The notes under the pieces are model-generated. The model made no database searches. It had not been told where the DNA came from and saw only the letters and a list, made by a program, of their open reading frames with translations. The position numbers and the translations under genes were made by a program. 64,000 bases of DNA from Octopus vulgaris. Its lineage: Eukaryota. Positions 27,260 through 42,009 of this stretch are shown here, one piece after another (position 1 is the stretch's first letter; every line of letters begins with the position of its first letter). The stretch lies in NCBI GenBank assembly GCA_951406725.2, contig OX597824.1, positions 29,946,001 through 30,010,000 of the forward strand. Reading direction: 5' to 3'.

Positions 27260-28030
27260 CATGTGCTTAAGATACTCGCTTCGCAACCACGTGGTTCTGG
27301 GCTCGGCCCCGTTAAGCAGCACCTTGGGCAAATATCTCCTACTATAGCTCCGGGCCGAACAATGTCTTGTGAGTGAATATGGTAGACGGAAACTGTGTGG
27401 AAGCTCGCCGTATCGATATATGTCTGTGTGTATGTACGTGCGTGTGTGTATGTACGTACATGTGTTTATGTGTGTGTCAGTGTGTTTCTATGTGTGTATG
27501 CATGTGATGTGTGTACGCGCGTGTCTTTGTGTCTGTGTTTGCTCCTATCACCATCATTTGACAACTGGTGTTGGTTTGTTTACCATCCTGTAACTTAGCG
27601 GCTCGCCGAAAGGAACCGATAGAATAAGTACCAGACATGGAAAAAGAAAGAGAAAGAAGTACCACAGTCGATTTGTTCGAGACTAAACCAGTGGCTCTCA
27701 ACCGGGGTCCATAGTAAATTAGGGATCCACAGTAGATGTTTTAGATGTATATATTGCTACGTGTTTAAAGAACCAGTTAAGATTCTTTCTCTAACATTTT
27801 ACATAGTTCAACCTGCACAAGCTAATGGGTTAATAACAAAATAGGAATTTCGAAAGAAGTGTCTATAAAACTAACTTTTAAACATGGAATGGCTATGGGA
27901 GTCCACCAGAATAAAAAGTAATCAAAGGGGTCCATAGATAAAAAAAAAAATAGTTGAGAACACTTGGAATAAACCCTTCAAGATGTTGCTCCAGCATCGC
28001 CGCTGTCCTCTGCCTGAAACAACTAACAGA
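27260..28030 (+). mobile_element. SINE family A interrupted by a hAT MITE
   Basis: SINE tail resumes after 27966. Confidence 0.8.
27689..27966. mobile_element. hAT (Charlie-like) MITE
   Basis: TIRs CAGTGGCTCTCAAC / GTTGAGAACACTTG; 8-bp TSD GACTAAAC / GAATAAAC. Confidence 0.8.
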
Positions 28031-28559
28031 ATTTTTAACTATTATAACTACTATATATTATCCTCTTTGATGTCTCTCAACAACTTATGCTTTAAGTACG
28101 CCAGTATTTATTAAAATATTCCTATTTTTATGAGAGTCAGCAGAGAGCAGGGGAATGGGGAAGATCAAGAAGATGGTGCAAAGATTGAACATGACGTCTT
28201 TTAGTTAGTTCCTGCAATCAAATTTCTACGGCGATGCCAAGTTTTGTCACCTTCTTCGAGTGGGTGTGTTTTTTGGAAATTGGTTGCATATTGTAAATAC
28301 ATATCACAAACATCAGAGGGGGCGTGGCATTAATTTTATGCCAGCGTCATGTTTTTGGTGTGTATGCTGATGGACGAACATATATATCAGTGTGTATGTG
28401 TGTGTATGTGTGTGAGTGTGTGCGTGTGTGAATGTGTGTGTGTGTGTGTGAGAGTGTGTGTGTGTGTGTGCATGTAAACGTTAATACAAACACATACAGA
28501 AACGCATACCCGTGCACACAGACACATTTACACATATTTTATATGTAATATATAATATA

Positions 28560-28669
<110 letters not shown>

Positions 28670-29123
28670 TCATACATACATAGGTATATACATGTATGCA
28701 CGTATGTGTTTATATATATACACACACACACATATAAATAGATATCTATGTGTTCATATACATAAGTAGGTGCTGATATGCATATACATACATGCATATT
28801 TTATGCATGTGTAGACATATATAAGTATACACACCATATTGTAGGTCTATTTTCGAATATGTACATGTTTAGAAACAAGCATGAGAATGTGCTTCAGAAC
28901 TTCGCTTTATGATGGCATATAACGCTGGTTCGATCTTAATGCGCGCTGTATGAACTAATGATTCCAGTGTACGTTAGAGTTGGCAATTCACTTGTAATGC
29001 GGAGTTCCCTAGACAAAAACTGTGCAGAAGTCTGCCACACACACACGAACACACACACACACACACACACACACAATTGTATATTTATGCTTATAACCTT
29101 GATTTTTTGTTCCATTCTCAATC

Positions 29124-29172
29124 AAAACTCTCCGACGAACGGGAAGTGAAACTCTGAGTAGTGGGGGTTTTT
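29124..29172 (+). ncRNA. Degenerate type I hammerhead motif
   Basis: CCGACGA-AC-GGGAA-GT-GAAA-CTCTGAG-TA; stem III ACTC/GAGT; stem I imperfect. Confidence 0.55.
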
Positions 29173-29280
29173 TTTATAGTACTTTTTATGATAGTTTCAT
29201 GATACCTCCTGGTTTAGGGTACTATTTTTTCCCACCTTGTTTTACATTTATGTGCTTAATTAGGTATATAGTACTTTTAA

Positions 29281-29313
<33 letters not shown>

Positions 29314-29683
29314 CACACACACATACACATATATGCACATACTTATTTACATACATACATGTGTGTCAACTACTCACAATGATAGCGTACGTGTGTACAT
29401 ATGCATACATATACATGTGTTTTGGGGCGGCGGGGTGAGTGTTTGTTGTATTAAATGATGTTATATAAATTCATGCCAATTTAAATTTTATACTATGAAT
29501 ATATGCGAATGTTGATATCTGAATGATTTTAATTATCTATATATAGAGAGAGCTATTAATTATCTATATATAGAGAGTTATTAATTATCTATATATAGAG
29601 AGTGACAGACAGACAGATAGATAGATAGAGAGAGAGAAATAAATAGCTTAGCATGTGATTGAATGTATAAAGATTAATATATA

Positions 29684-30328
29684 TTTCTTTACTACCCACA
29701 AGAGGCTAAACTTAGAGAGGACAAACAAGGACAGACAAACGGATTAAGTCGATTATATTGACCCCAGTGCGTAACTGGTACTTAATTTATCGACCCCGAA
29801 AGGATGAAAGGCAAAGTCGACCTCGGCGGAATTTGAACTGAGAACGTAGCGGCAGACGAAAGACTGCTAAGCATTTCGACCGGCGTGCTAACGATTCTAC
29901 CATCTCGCCGCCTTTCACATGTAATACATTCTTTTCTACTCTATGCACAAGGCTCGAACTTTTTAGGGAGAGGGCCACTCGATTAGATCGACTCCAGTAC
30001 GCAACTGCTACTTAATTTATCGACTCTGAAAGGATAAAGAGCAAAGTCGACCTCGGCGGAATTTGAACTCAGAACGTAAAGACAGACGAACTACCTATTT
30101 CTTTACTACCCACAAGGGGCTAAACACAGAGGGGACAAATAAAGACAGACAAACGAATTAAGTCGATTACATCGACCCCAGTGCGTAACTGGTACGTATT
30201 TAACCGACCCCGAAAGAATGAAAGGCAAAGTCGACCTCGGCGGAATTTGAACTAAGAGCGTAAAGACGGACGAAATACTGCTAAGCATTTTATCCGGCGA
30301 GCGAACGGTTCTGTCTGTTTCGCCGCCT
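29684..30328 (-). mobile_element. Cluster of three family B SINE bodies
   Basis: Repeated central block and heads. Confidence 0.9.
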
Positions 30329-30864
30329 TTCCACAAGCAACTCATTGCCTTATTGCTTCAGTTAGTGAACACACTGTCAGCGAATGTCTTGAGATGCTAA
30401 TGAATGAAGCCACCACCTGTTAGACGTACATTGTTTTGAGGGGAGGGTTGCTTGTTTTTTTTTTTGTTTTTTTTTTTGAAGGGGTGAGGGTTCATAAGTG
30501 TATGTATGTCCAATTCCTCTAAAGCGGAACTGTGAGAAAATTCATGGTAAGGCAGGAAAATCCAGTGGAAACTTATCAAAGTGTTCTTTGATCTTCTTAC
30601 ACAAAGAAATCTCACAAAGAGGTAAGTTTCTCAACGAAAAGGAATATAAATTCATTGAAAGAATGCTTTACACTCACAGCCGTATTCAACACAATTTCCT
30701 TCTACCAAAATCAGCTCATTAGAAATGATTGAATCTGAGATCAAGGAGGAAAATTGTATATATTACATACAACACATTATGATCGAACATTGAACCACGT
30801 GCTTGCCTATCTTAACATTTCTCAACACGCTGTAAGCTCACAGTTTTGTGTATGTAACTGCATC

Positions 30865-31074
30865 TCTTTTACTCTTTTACTTGTTTCAGTCATTTGACTG
30901 TGGCCATGCTGGAGCACCGCCTTTAGTCGAGCAAAATCGACCGCCAGGACTTATTCTTTGTAAGCCTAGTACTTATTCTATCGGTCTCTTTTGCCGAACT
31001 GCTAAGTTACGGAAACGTAAGCACACCAGCATCGGTTGTCAAGCGATGTTGGGGAGACAAACACAAAGACACAA

Positions 31075-31127
<53 letters not shown>

Positions 31128-31300
31128 TATATATATACGACGGGCTTCTTTCAGTTTCCTTCTACCAAATCCGCTCACAAGGCTTTGGTGGGCCCGAGGC
31201 TATATTGGAAGACACTTGCCTAAGGTGCCACGCAGTGGGACTGAACCCGGAACCATGTGGTTGGTAAGCAAGCTACATAACCACACACCCACACCTACGC
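30865..31300 (-). mobile_element. SINE family A
   Basis: Near-consensus copy. Confidence 0.9.
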
Positions 31301-31669
31301 ATCTGTACATATATGCGTGAGTGTATGTGTGTTTGTGGAAGGAAGTGGTGTTTGTGTGTGTAAAGGCATGTCTTCTAGTAATTGGAGTTTGGAGCTAGTG
31401 ATTGGATGGTGGTACATTATACCCTTGAGCAAGACATTCATATCACCCTACCCCAGTGTATTCTGCTAAAATGACCATCAGACGATGACCGGTGTACTTC
31501 ACTCCATAACTTTAAATCTATCTCTTAAAATCTTTCCCTCCCCGCTCACCATTCACTTTGTCTTCCCCTCCCCCTCTCTCCCTCTCCCCCCACCAATCAA
31601 TGTTTCGTTAATTAGCGAAAGCAACGCACTTGTTATTAAAGCTGTTAAATCATATCCCCTTTCCTTGTG

Positions 31670-31834
31670 ATATAGATTCCCAACCACATGGTTCTGGGTT
31701 CAGTTTCCCTGCGTGGTACTTTTGGCAAGTGTTTTTCTACTATAGCCTTGGGCCAACCAAGGCCTTGTGAGTGGATTTGGTAAACGGAAATTGAAAGAAG
31801 CCCGTCATATATATATGTATGTATATATATATAT

Positions 31835-31886
<52 letters not shown>

Positions 31887-32120
31887 CGTGCGTGCGTGTG
31901 TGCGTAAGTGTGTGTGTTTGCGCCTGTGTTTATCCTCCACCACCGCTTCGCAACCGGTGTTAGGGTGTTCATGTCTCCGTTCGGGAACACAGGGCGATTG
32001 CATAAGTAACAGTCTTTAAAGAACAAAAGTACCAGATTTGATTCGTTCGATTGAAGTTCTTCAAGGCGGTGCCCCATCATGGCCGCAGCCAAATGAATGG
32101 AAGAATTAAAAGATAAAGAT
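31670..32120 (+). mobile_element. SINE family A
   Basis: Family A blocks. Confidence 0.85.
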
Positions 32121-32658
32121 AAAGAATATATATATATGTGTCTCTGTGTGAGATGTATATATAAAAATACAGACATCCATAAGTATATATAATATACATA
32201 TCTATACATACACACATGTATGTATGTATGTATGTATGTATGTATGTATGTATGTATGTATGTATGTATGTATGTATGTATGTATGTATGTATGTATGCA
32301 TCGTCATACCTTCCTACGTCAATACATATAATTTATTTACGAATCCATATATATATACCTTAATGTATATATATAAACCTCAAAATGATTTAAATAATTT
32401 TGTGAATCTGTAATTTAATGCGACTGCAAGTGTGTATGTATCTATGTATTTATGTATGTATGTATGCATGTATGTATGTATGTATGTATGTATGTATGTA
32501 TGTATGTATGTATGTATGTATGTATGAATGAATATATGTATGTATGTATGAATATATGTATGAATGTATGTATGAATGTATGTTTGCATGAATGTATGTA
32601 TGCAATCATGTATGTGTATATATATATATATATCTGCATGTATGTATATACGTATGTA

Positions 32659-32717
<59 letters not shown>

Positions 32718-34534
32718 CTGCACACACACACATATATATACACACATTCATACATACATTAACACATATATACAAGCATATAACATAAAAACATACATAC
32801 ATGCACATACACACACACATACATACATACACACACACACACACGTGCGCGCACACACCAACACACAAGTATGCCGTTCCTTATGACTATACCAAAAGGA
32901 AGTCTAACAGTATATAGTTATAATATATTCATATTTTTACCTGTTCGCTACATCTTCACTTACCGCACAAATATTAAAGATGGGAAACGCCCAGTACATC
33001 ATTTTTTCGAAACGACCACACCCTCTCTTGTCATAAACACACCTTCAAAACACGTATTCTTAAAGCGCCAAATAGCATCACACAGACATCACAGAGCGCC
33101 TCGCAGTTGCATCAACATAGCTTTACATAGTCTTTACATAGTCTCAAACAACCTTGCACAACCTCACACTGGCTCGTATAGACTCTAGCAGACTCACAGA
33201 GCCTTACGTAGCTACACATAGCTACACATAGCTACACATAGCTACGCATAGCTTCGCATTACGTAGATTCTTCACACGGTATCACGCAGCTTCCAAACAA
33301 GCTTTCTTGCATAAATATTCTTTCACAGATACACACAGACACGCTCTTGCCGATCACACACTCCCACATATACACACACACAAAAACATACATACAGCCT
33401 TCGCATGCCATGTTGTTTTTGGTATGCGTGGTGTGGTGTGTGTATGTGTGTGAGTGTGTGAGTGCGTGTGTGTATGTATAAATGAGTGTGTGTGTGTGTG
33501 TGTGTGTATGTGTGTTGTGTGTGTGTATGTGTGTTCACAGACTCACATAACCGTCAATATTCTCACTGCATTTACATAGAATATTTTCCTACTTCGTATT
33601 TATACAAAGTACACGCGCACACGTACACACACACACACACACACTCACACACATACATCCATATACTCATACACTCATACACACACTCAGTCGCACATAT
33701 ACATACATATACCGAAGCACACACATACACAAAAACACACATTCACACACACTCACACATACATCCATATACTCATACACTCATACACACACTCAGTCAC
33801 ACATACATACACCGAAGCACACACATACACAAAAACACACACACACAGACACACATTAAATCACAATTATTCTTACTCAGATACATTACATCGTTATATA
33901 GCTTTCTATAACCTCATACACACACACACACACACATACATACACAAACACATGCAGCACTCACACCACATACACACACACATACACATACACTGACAGA
34001 CAATCTTCCACACAAACATACAAACACACATTTACAATCACACGTATATTAACTCTGATACATCAAACCATTATGCAGCTTCGCATAAGGTTCACAAACA
34101 CACATTACACAGACATACACACACACACGCACATACATACACCCACACACGCATAGACACACCCACACACGCGTGCATGCGCGCGCACCCAGGTACACAC
34201 ACACACACACATACACAGACACACATACACACCTTACTTGACACTCGTTATCTTTTCATCTTATCTGATCCCACAGCTACACATTCGCTCTCTCAGCAGT
34301 GTTTACACAGCATCACGCAACTACACACACACACACACACACACATACACACACACATAGACACACACACATGCACACACACGCACACACACATACAGAT
34401 ACACACATGTGCACACACACACAACATCTTCAAACACACCCATTTTTGCTGCTACACAAATATCTTCATACATATTCAGAGCATTACATATACACAGCAT
34501 TATATAGATTCACATGCACACACACACACACAAA

Positions 34535-34578
<44 letters not shown>

Positions 34579-35218
34579 ACACACACATACACACACGAAC
34601 ATATATACATTTACATACACTGACAAACTTCTCATCTATTTACTGAAAACATCATACAGAGCTGAATACTGCTTTATATACGAACAAACACACATAACGC
34701 ACGCACACACACACACACAGATACACACACACACACACACACACATGCATACGCATACTCATACACACACACACGCAACGTACACATATATATGTATACA
34801 TGCGCACACACATACACGCGCACTACACAGCCAGCTGCGAACACACCCACACATTCACATACTCCTCGCATACACACCTAAAGCGAACAAATGTGCGTTT
34901 ATAGGCATGCAGATATGCACGCACCTGCACGCCCACCACACTGTCATGGTATTAGACTGTATGAAAGGTTTCCCTTCTGTTCAACGCCTTCAAAAACTTC
35001 GACAACACATCGATAGCCTCGTTGTCATCACATCGACATCGATGAGTAAACTAAAGCACACAAACTCACACTTATATTCATGTGTGTGATGCGCGCGATG
35101 TGTGTGAGTGTGTGTATGCGCGCGATGTGTGTGAGTGTGTGTATGAGCATGTGTATGTGCGTGTATATATGTGTGTGGGTGTGGGTGTGGGTGTTTGTGT
35201 GTGTGTGTGTGCGTGTGT

Positions 35219-35518
35219 GGAGGCGCAACAGCCCAGTGGTTAGGGCAGCGGACTCGCGGTCGGAGGATCGCGGTTTCGATTCCCAGACCGGGCGTTGTGT
35301 GTGTTTAATTGAGCGAAAACACCTAAAAGCTCCACGAGGCTCCGACAAGGGGTGATGGCGACCCCTGTTGTACTCTTTCGCCACGACTTTCTCTTACTCT
35401 CTATTCCTGTTTCTTGAGTAACGCTGCGATAGACTGGCGTCCCGTTCAGCTGGGAGGAACACATACACCACAGAAACCGGGATACCGGGCCCATCAGCCT
35501 GGCTAGGGTTGAAAAGGG

Positions 35519-35520
<2 letters not shown>
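35219..35520 (+). mobile_element. SINE family C
   Basis: Head nearly identical to 10412; tail like 4085-4375. Confidence 0.85.
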
Positions 35521-35572
<52 letters not shown>

Positions 35573-35993
35573 ATATGTATATGTATATGTGTATGTATGT
35601 ATACTGTATATAGAGTTATGTATGTAGGAGGTATGTATGTATGCATGTATGTATGAATGGATCGACCCCAATGCCTATTCATATTTTAAGCCTGGTGCTT
35701 ACTCAATCTGTCTTTTTTACCGAGCTGATAAGTTACGAGGAGGTAAACTCACTAACACCGGTTGTTCAAGTAGTGGAGAGGGCAAAAGAAAGACATACAC
35801 ACACACACACTCACAAACACATAAACGCACATATATATATGTATATAAGTATGTGTGTGTGTTTCACGGGCTTCTTTCAGTTTCCGTCTACCAAATCAGC
35901 CCGACAAAATGTCACGCAGTGGGACTGAACTCGGAGCCATTTCATTGGGATGTATGAATATAAGTATAAACGTTTGCTTTGTTGTGCGCGTTG

Positions 35994-36060
<67 letters not shown>

Positions 36061-36278
36061 TCCCACCACCCACTGTCTGAAAACCGGTGTTGGTTTGTTT
36101 ATGTCCCTGTAACTCAGTGGTTTATCGAAAGACACCGATAAAATAAGCACCAGGCGTAAAATGTAGTTCTGGTGTCGATTCGTTGGACAAAAATTCTTTA
36201 AGGCGGTACCTCATCATGGCTGCACTCTAATGACTGAAACAAGTGAAAGATATAATATATATGTGCGTGCGTGCGTGC

Positions 36279-36317
<39 letters not shown>

Positions 36318-36759
36318 TTTGTGGTTGTCCCCTCCCGCCGCTTAACAACCTCGTACCTTAACTGTTCGATGAAAGAGAGCGGTTGAATAAACACCACTTA
36401 GAAACCGAAAGTAAACTCTGGGATCGATCAGTTTGAAAAAAAGATCCACCGAGGCGATGCCCCAGCATGGCCACAGTCTAATGACTGGGACAAGTAAAAG
36501 ACAAAAGATAAAAAGATATTCGTATGGACTCTCAGGATTAGGTTATTAAAATAAGTTAATGGAACGTGAATCTGAGAAGGGCTATCGATATATGTTATGA
36601 TTGAGAAGTCTCATAGGAGACTTCTAACCCCAAACAATCTAAATGGATGGTGCCAATAAGTGGGGTAATTTTAGTTGGTAATTGTCATGCCAAAGGCAAT
36701 AAAATTATCCTCGTGGAAGTTCGAAGTTCTCAATGGTGATCAAGACGAACATATATGAA

Positions 36760-36990
36760 GGCGGCGAGCTGGCAGAAACGTTAGCACGCCGGGCGACCTG
36801 CGTAGCCGTATTTCGTCTGTCGTTACGTTCCGAGTTCAAATTCCGCCGAGGTCGACTTTGCCTTTCATCCTTTCGGGGTCGATAAATTAAGTACCAGTTA
36901 TGCACTGGGGTCGATGTAATCGACTTAATCCCTTTGTCTGTCCTTGTTTGTCCCCTCTGTGTTTAGCCCCTTGTGGGTAGTAAAGAAATA
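36760..36990 (+). mobile_element. SINE family B, full length
   Basis: Complete head to tail; ATATATGAAG occurs on both sides (possible TSD). Confidence 0.9.
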
Positions 36991-37269
36991 TATATGAAGG
37001 AGGGATTATAAATATCCGACTAAGATATTAAATAATTGTGTGTATGTGATCTTTGTACGAATATTAAGTTGGAAAAGAGAAATGGTTGCTTACAATTGCC
37101 TCTAGTATCTCTGATATGTTTTGTTATTGTTGTTGCTGTTGTTGTCGTTTAAACCCTGGTCAGCCCTGGTTGAGTAGTCCTATAATATCAGGCATTCAAC
37201 TATCTCGTCTTATACGTGCAACCCAGCATCACATTATCCAGCGTTTCTTTTTCACAAAACAGCGATGCG

Positions 37270-38325
37270 TGATTTGAAAGAGATTTTGGCTCCTATTTTT
37301 AGCAGATGAAACAATTATGTAGGGTCTACCTTGTTGTCTTTATTGCGCATTTTTGAAGATTTGACTCCTATTTTTAGAAGGTTGAGCAATTATGTAAAAA
37401 CTACCTGGTTGTATTTATTGTGTGATTTGTGGGAGATTTAGCTCTTATTTTCAGCAGATAGAGCAATTATGTAGAGGCTACCTCGTTGGCTTTATTGTGT
37501 GACTAGCAGTATAGCCCGGCGTTGCTCGGGTTTGTTTTTTAAAACGGCGGACTTTGATGTCGCGTTAACAAAGTTAAAACGGTAGACTATTCATTGATCA
37601 TAGTCTAAGTGAATATCTAAATGTTGTATCAGAGGATACCTATCATGGATGGGGAAACCGAATATCCTCCAAAATGCCTCATTACTATTGATGTAGCGAC
37701 CAACTAAGTACTGTTTTACTTCATCTCTACTTTCATCTTTTTTTAGTCCAAACGAAGCGGCATCGGAACCCTTGTTAATGTATTTACATATGCATTTTAT
37801 GCATTTCACGGAACTATAAAATTCTGGTACCTGTAAGAAGAAGTTTAAGTGGCTGTGGTTGATTCCTAGGGAGTTTTTAAGTGAACATTTTTCTGGTTGA
37901 AATACACCGAAAAATGGCGACACAGCAGTCAAAAAATCGTAAAAAAATAAGGATTTTCATACAAAAGAAGCACCTTTTTTATGTAAATGATTTTTGGTCT
38001 TAATATGGTTCGATTTGAATTTTTCATTCTACGGAATGAAGAGCAAGCTTTCTTCTATCATACTCTCAATTTTGGTCAACTTGCGCCGCAGGGTCTCAGA
38101 GGAGATAGTGTTAGTTGAAGGGTACCAAACCTGCCACACACACACACACAGACAACTTCAGCTTTATGTATATAGATTTGAGAAAAATTTGGCTTCTATT
38201 TTTAGCAGATAAAGCAATTATGCAGAGGTGACCTCGTTGGCTTAAATGTATGATTTGAGAGTGATTTGGCACCTATTTTCAGCAGATTTAACAAGTATAT
38301 AGAGGCTCCCTCGTTGACTTTATTT
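37270..38325 (+). repeat. ~77-bp minisatellite of five diverged units, split by a Helitron
   Basis: Unit resembles GATTTGGCTCCTATTTTTAGCAGATAGAGCAATTATGTAGAGGCTACCTCGTTGGCTTTATTGTGT; three units left, two right. Confidence 0.8.
37503..38176 (-). mobile_element. Non-autonomous Helitron with Rep fragment
   Basis: 5'-TC at 38176; subterminal hairpin CCCGAGCAACGCCGGG; CTAG-3' at 37503; A|T target; peptide SVKCIKCICKYINKGSD...RYINSNEAFWRIFGFPIH at about 37600-37815. Confidence 0.9.
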
Positions 38326-38469
38326 TTTATATATTTAGAAGTGACGTGACAGGTTCATAATTCAGTTGCGAAGCTACTGTTTAGCGAAATGGGACTCGTT
38401 ATGTGATTTCAGGTGATGGAGATTAGATCATCATGCAGAAAAAAGACCACGGTGAGCGAGTTAGCTGGA

Positions 38470-38820
38470 GAGTACAGTTTGTGAAGACGCATGACTCAGA
38501 GGTTAGAGTGTCGAGCTTACAAGCGAGAGATTGTGAGCTCGAATCCCAGACCGGGCTGCGTGTTGTGTTCTCAAGCAAGGCACTTTATTTCACGTTGCTC
38601 CAGTTCACTCAGCTGTAAAATTGAGTTGCGACGTCACAGGTGCCAAGATGTATCGGTCTTTGCTTCTCCTTTGGATAACACTGGTGGCGTGGAGAGGGGA
38701 GGCCGGTATGCATGGGCGACTGCTGGTCTTCCATAAACAACCTTGCCCGGACTTGTGCCTGGGAGGGTAACTTTCTAGGTGCAATCCCATGGTCAGTGTC
38801 GTGACCGAAGGGGGTCTCAG
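38470..38820 (+). mobile_element. SINE family C with third tail type
   Basis: Degenerate tRNA head, CORE-like block, tail GTGCAATCCCATGGTC..GTGACCGAAGGGGGTCT. Confidence 0.85.
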
Positions 38821-38989
38821 ACAGTTTGATGCCTGTAATGCTAGTGTTTACTTGCAGGGTCCATTGGTTGCCGGCCGAAGGTACCGCAAAGATTTTCATA
38901 CTTGTGGTCTCTGTTCAAGAGGGGATGAAGGTCTTTGGTGTTGCGAGGAAAGCGATGCTTTGTGAAGGGGTGTTTGCGTGGAAAGGAGG

Positions 38990-39044
<55 letters not shown>

Positions 39045-39779
39045 AGTGAGTGTATATGAGTGTGTGTGTGTGTGTTTAAGAGGGAGAGAGAGGTGAGTGT
39101 GTGCGTGGGAGTGTGTATATTTGTGTGTGTGTTTGTGCGTTTGTATGTGTGAGTGTGTATGAGTGAGTGGTTATTTGTAACTGTGATGTGTGTGTGTGTT
39201 AATGTGTATGAGTGAATGTGTTGTGTGGGCGTGTGTGTATGCGCGTATTTGTCTGTATGTGCGTGTGACAGTGGTTATGTGTTTGCGTGTATGCGTACAT
39301 GAATGTTTGTGTAAGTGTGAATGAGTGTTTGTATGTGTGTATGTGTAAGTACGAGTGTGTGTGTTTGTGTGTGTGTGTGTAAGTATGCATGAGGGTATGT
39401 GCACCCGTGTACCGAATGATATTGGAGGCAAAGCAGGCAGAAAATGTGATGTCATTATACACGGGAGTGCCACTTTCGAGATAGCTTACTTGAGGAAAAT
39501 GGTTATAATCATTTATGCAAAGTATGTAGAGATCTTTAAAGAGCAGAGGGTGTGCTTGGAATTGGTTCTTGGTGGGAAGTATTAGAGCCCGATTAACCGA
39601 TTTTAAGTGTGCAAAGACTGTGATGATGATGTGAAGGTTAGCTTTGGGATAAAGAAGACATCAAACATACTTGGAGAGTTAGCGTGACAGCCAGAAATAT
39701 GAACATAAGAGAAAACTAACTGCGATAGCTTTTTTTAATTCGGAAACACTTTGAGTGTCTTTGAAATCAGAATCGATAC

Positions 39780-40100
39780 GAGAAGAGTGAGAGTGTCAGA
39801 CGGTGCTTCGAGAATTGTAGTTACCTAGGAGAAGATCTGGAAGAGAGATGGGGTCGGATAGATATGTTAAATGCAAGACGAGAGTTAATCAAAGAACTAT
39901 TGGCAGCTACAGAAATAATGAGAATAGAGACAAATGAACTAAGAAAAGGGAAGAAGAGGGACTAGGTCACAGACAAAAGTAGTGAGAGCAGATAATCCAA
40001 GGTAAGTGTAGGCACTAGCTGTTACAGTTGAATTATACTATCGCCTCCTATATAGGAAATTGCAAACTATACTTGCAGCAAGGTGGCTATTCACATCAGT
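39780..40100 (+). pseudogene. Very old RTE-like LINE relic
   Basis: CSYLGE and KELL patches resemble the FCYLGD and FRELL motifs. Confidence 0.25.
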
Positions 40101-40167
40101 GAATATATTGTTCATTGTTTTCTATATCGGAAACGACAAGTTTCGTCAAATCATTTGGCTGCGAGTA

Positions 40168-40207
40168 CATCACTGACAAGGCCTAAAAAGGTCGAAATGT
40201 ATCTGTC
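40168..40207 (+). ncRNA. Degenerate hammerhead motif
   Basis: CTGACAA-GGCCT-AAAA-AGGTC-GAAA-TG-TA; stem I weak. Confidence 0.4.
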
Positions 40208-40779
40208 GTTCTCGTTAGCCGGTGCTTGGATGAATGTGTAGTGTTCTTTTTTTTCTTACATAACACATATCTTACCTGTCAACGGATTAAGTGTTCGTTT
40301 CTCTTTTTGTCTTCTGCAATTTTATTTCTGGATCTTCTATATATATGAAGAATTTTCCTCATCTGGCTGTTTTGCTCTCTACAAAACGGAAAGTTGCATT
40401 ATGGAACAGTCATTTTAACGAGATTTTTTTTTTTATTTATCACCCGACATACATACATATATACATACATGCATACGCATACATGCACTTACACAATGTG
40501 TCGTTAAGAAATCCTATCATTACAAAATATTTTTTTAAATAATAATAAAACGGAATGCACAAACAGAATATTCAAATCTCAGCTTTTTACACGAACACGA
40601 ATAAAGAAAAACAACAACAACAACATGAAAACATGAAACAATATTCAAAGTTGATTCATGACCTTTGACAACATTTAATGACAAGTTGTCTATTCTGCGA
40701 GCTTCAGCAAAACGAGCGATTGACCTTTAGTGATTCCAGCGTATAGAGAGGGAATACGCTGAAGAAAGAATGTAACTGA

Positions 40780-40950
40780 CTTTTTCTGAGTGGAATTTCA
40801 TCGGCCATGGCCCTCTACAAGCCTCATGCACGACTCACATTGGAGTGCCACTCACATTGATGTACCACTTATATGTGAAGGGTAAGATACCTGTTACATA
40901 CAGAAATCTAAAGTGCATCTATAAAGTTGTTTGACTAATCAAAGAGTTAA
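40780..40950 (+). pseudogene. Old CR1/Jockey-like RT relic
   Basis: LYKPHARLTLECHSH resembles LYKAQVRPxLEYCSH. Confidence 0.25.
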
Positions 40951-41184
40951 GACATATACAGTTTGTACGGTAGTAGAAGGCACTTGCCCAAGACGTTGCA
41001 CAGTAAGACTGAACCCGAAATTATACGATGTGATTGCAAGGCGGGCTTCTTAACCACACAGCCATGTCTAAGTATTCAGATCTTTTGCTGGCTTTCATAT
41101 GCACAAACTGACAGACATATAGAAACAAGAAGAAAATATGATAACGGTTTCAAATTTTGGCACAAGACCATCAACGGGGAAGTG

Positions 41185-41538
41185 GATAAGTATATTACAT
41201 CGACCCCAGCGCGTAACTGGTACTTATTTTATAAACCCCGAAAGAATGAAAGGCAAAGTCGACCTCGGCGGAATTTGAACTCAGAACGTAGCGGCAGACG
41301 AAATACCTATTTCTTTACTACCAACAAGGGACTAAACACAGAGGAGACAAACAAGGATAGACAGATGGATTATGTCGATTATATCGACCCCAGCGCGTAA
41401 CTGCTACTTAATTTATCGACCCCTAAAGGATGAAAGGTAAAGTCGACCTCGGCGGAATTTGAACTCAGAACGTAACGGCAGACGAAATACCGCTAATCAT
41501 TTTATCCGGCGTGCTAACGATTCAGTGTTTCGCCGCCT
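41185..41538 (-). mobile_element. Family B SINE with two tandem bodies
   Basis: Same internal junction as 11396-11988. Confidence 0.9.
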
Positions 41539-41949
41539 AAAAGAAGCCCATAGTAACAAAACAAAACAAAAATTAAAAAACCGTAAAAGGACTATGAAGA
41601 TGCTGGCATTGTTACGGTTTCAAATACAATAGAAAGTTGCAATATAGGTGGTGTGGAAGGTTGAAAACAAAACATCAAAAGTTACTACGGCGTACATAGA
41701 AACAGTTGAGAATGCACGACCGAAACTTCCCTACCAACAGCTGCAACAAACTTATATACACTAGCAAGAATATTTGGAATGGAAGACAAATCTTTCAATT
41801 TTACTGTCTGTTCATTAACCAACGTCTGCCTATGTGAGAAATACATCAATCAGTACATCTATATTACCGTCTGGGCTGGATGGATGTCTGTTTATATGAT
41901 GACTATATTTGTCTGTGTGTCAATTTGTTGCCTACATGACTATGTCTCT

Positions 41950-42009
<60 letters not shown>

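Noticed and set aside
30615-30630. Consensus plus-strand donor GAG|GTAAGT (also near 40001)
   Set aside because: No matching acceptor or ORF; expected by chance in 64 kb
33200-33850. Short tandem duplications (GCTACACATA x4; ~110-bp CA-rich duplicate)
   Set aside because: Ordinary slippage in low-complexity DNA
37270-38325. Possible CRISPR-like array
   Set aside because: Whole units are homologous, with no unique spacers and no cas genes; eukaryotic context
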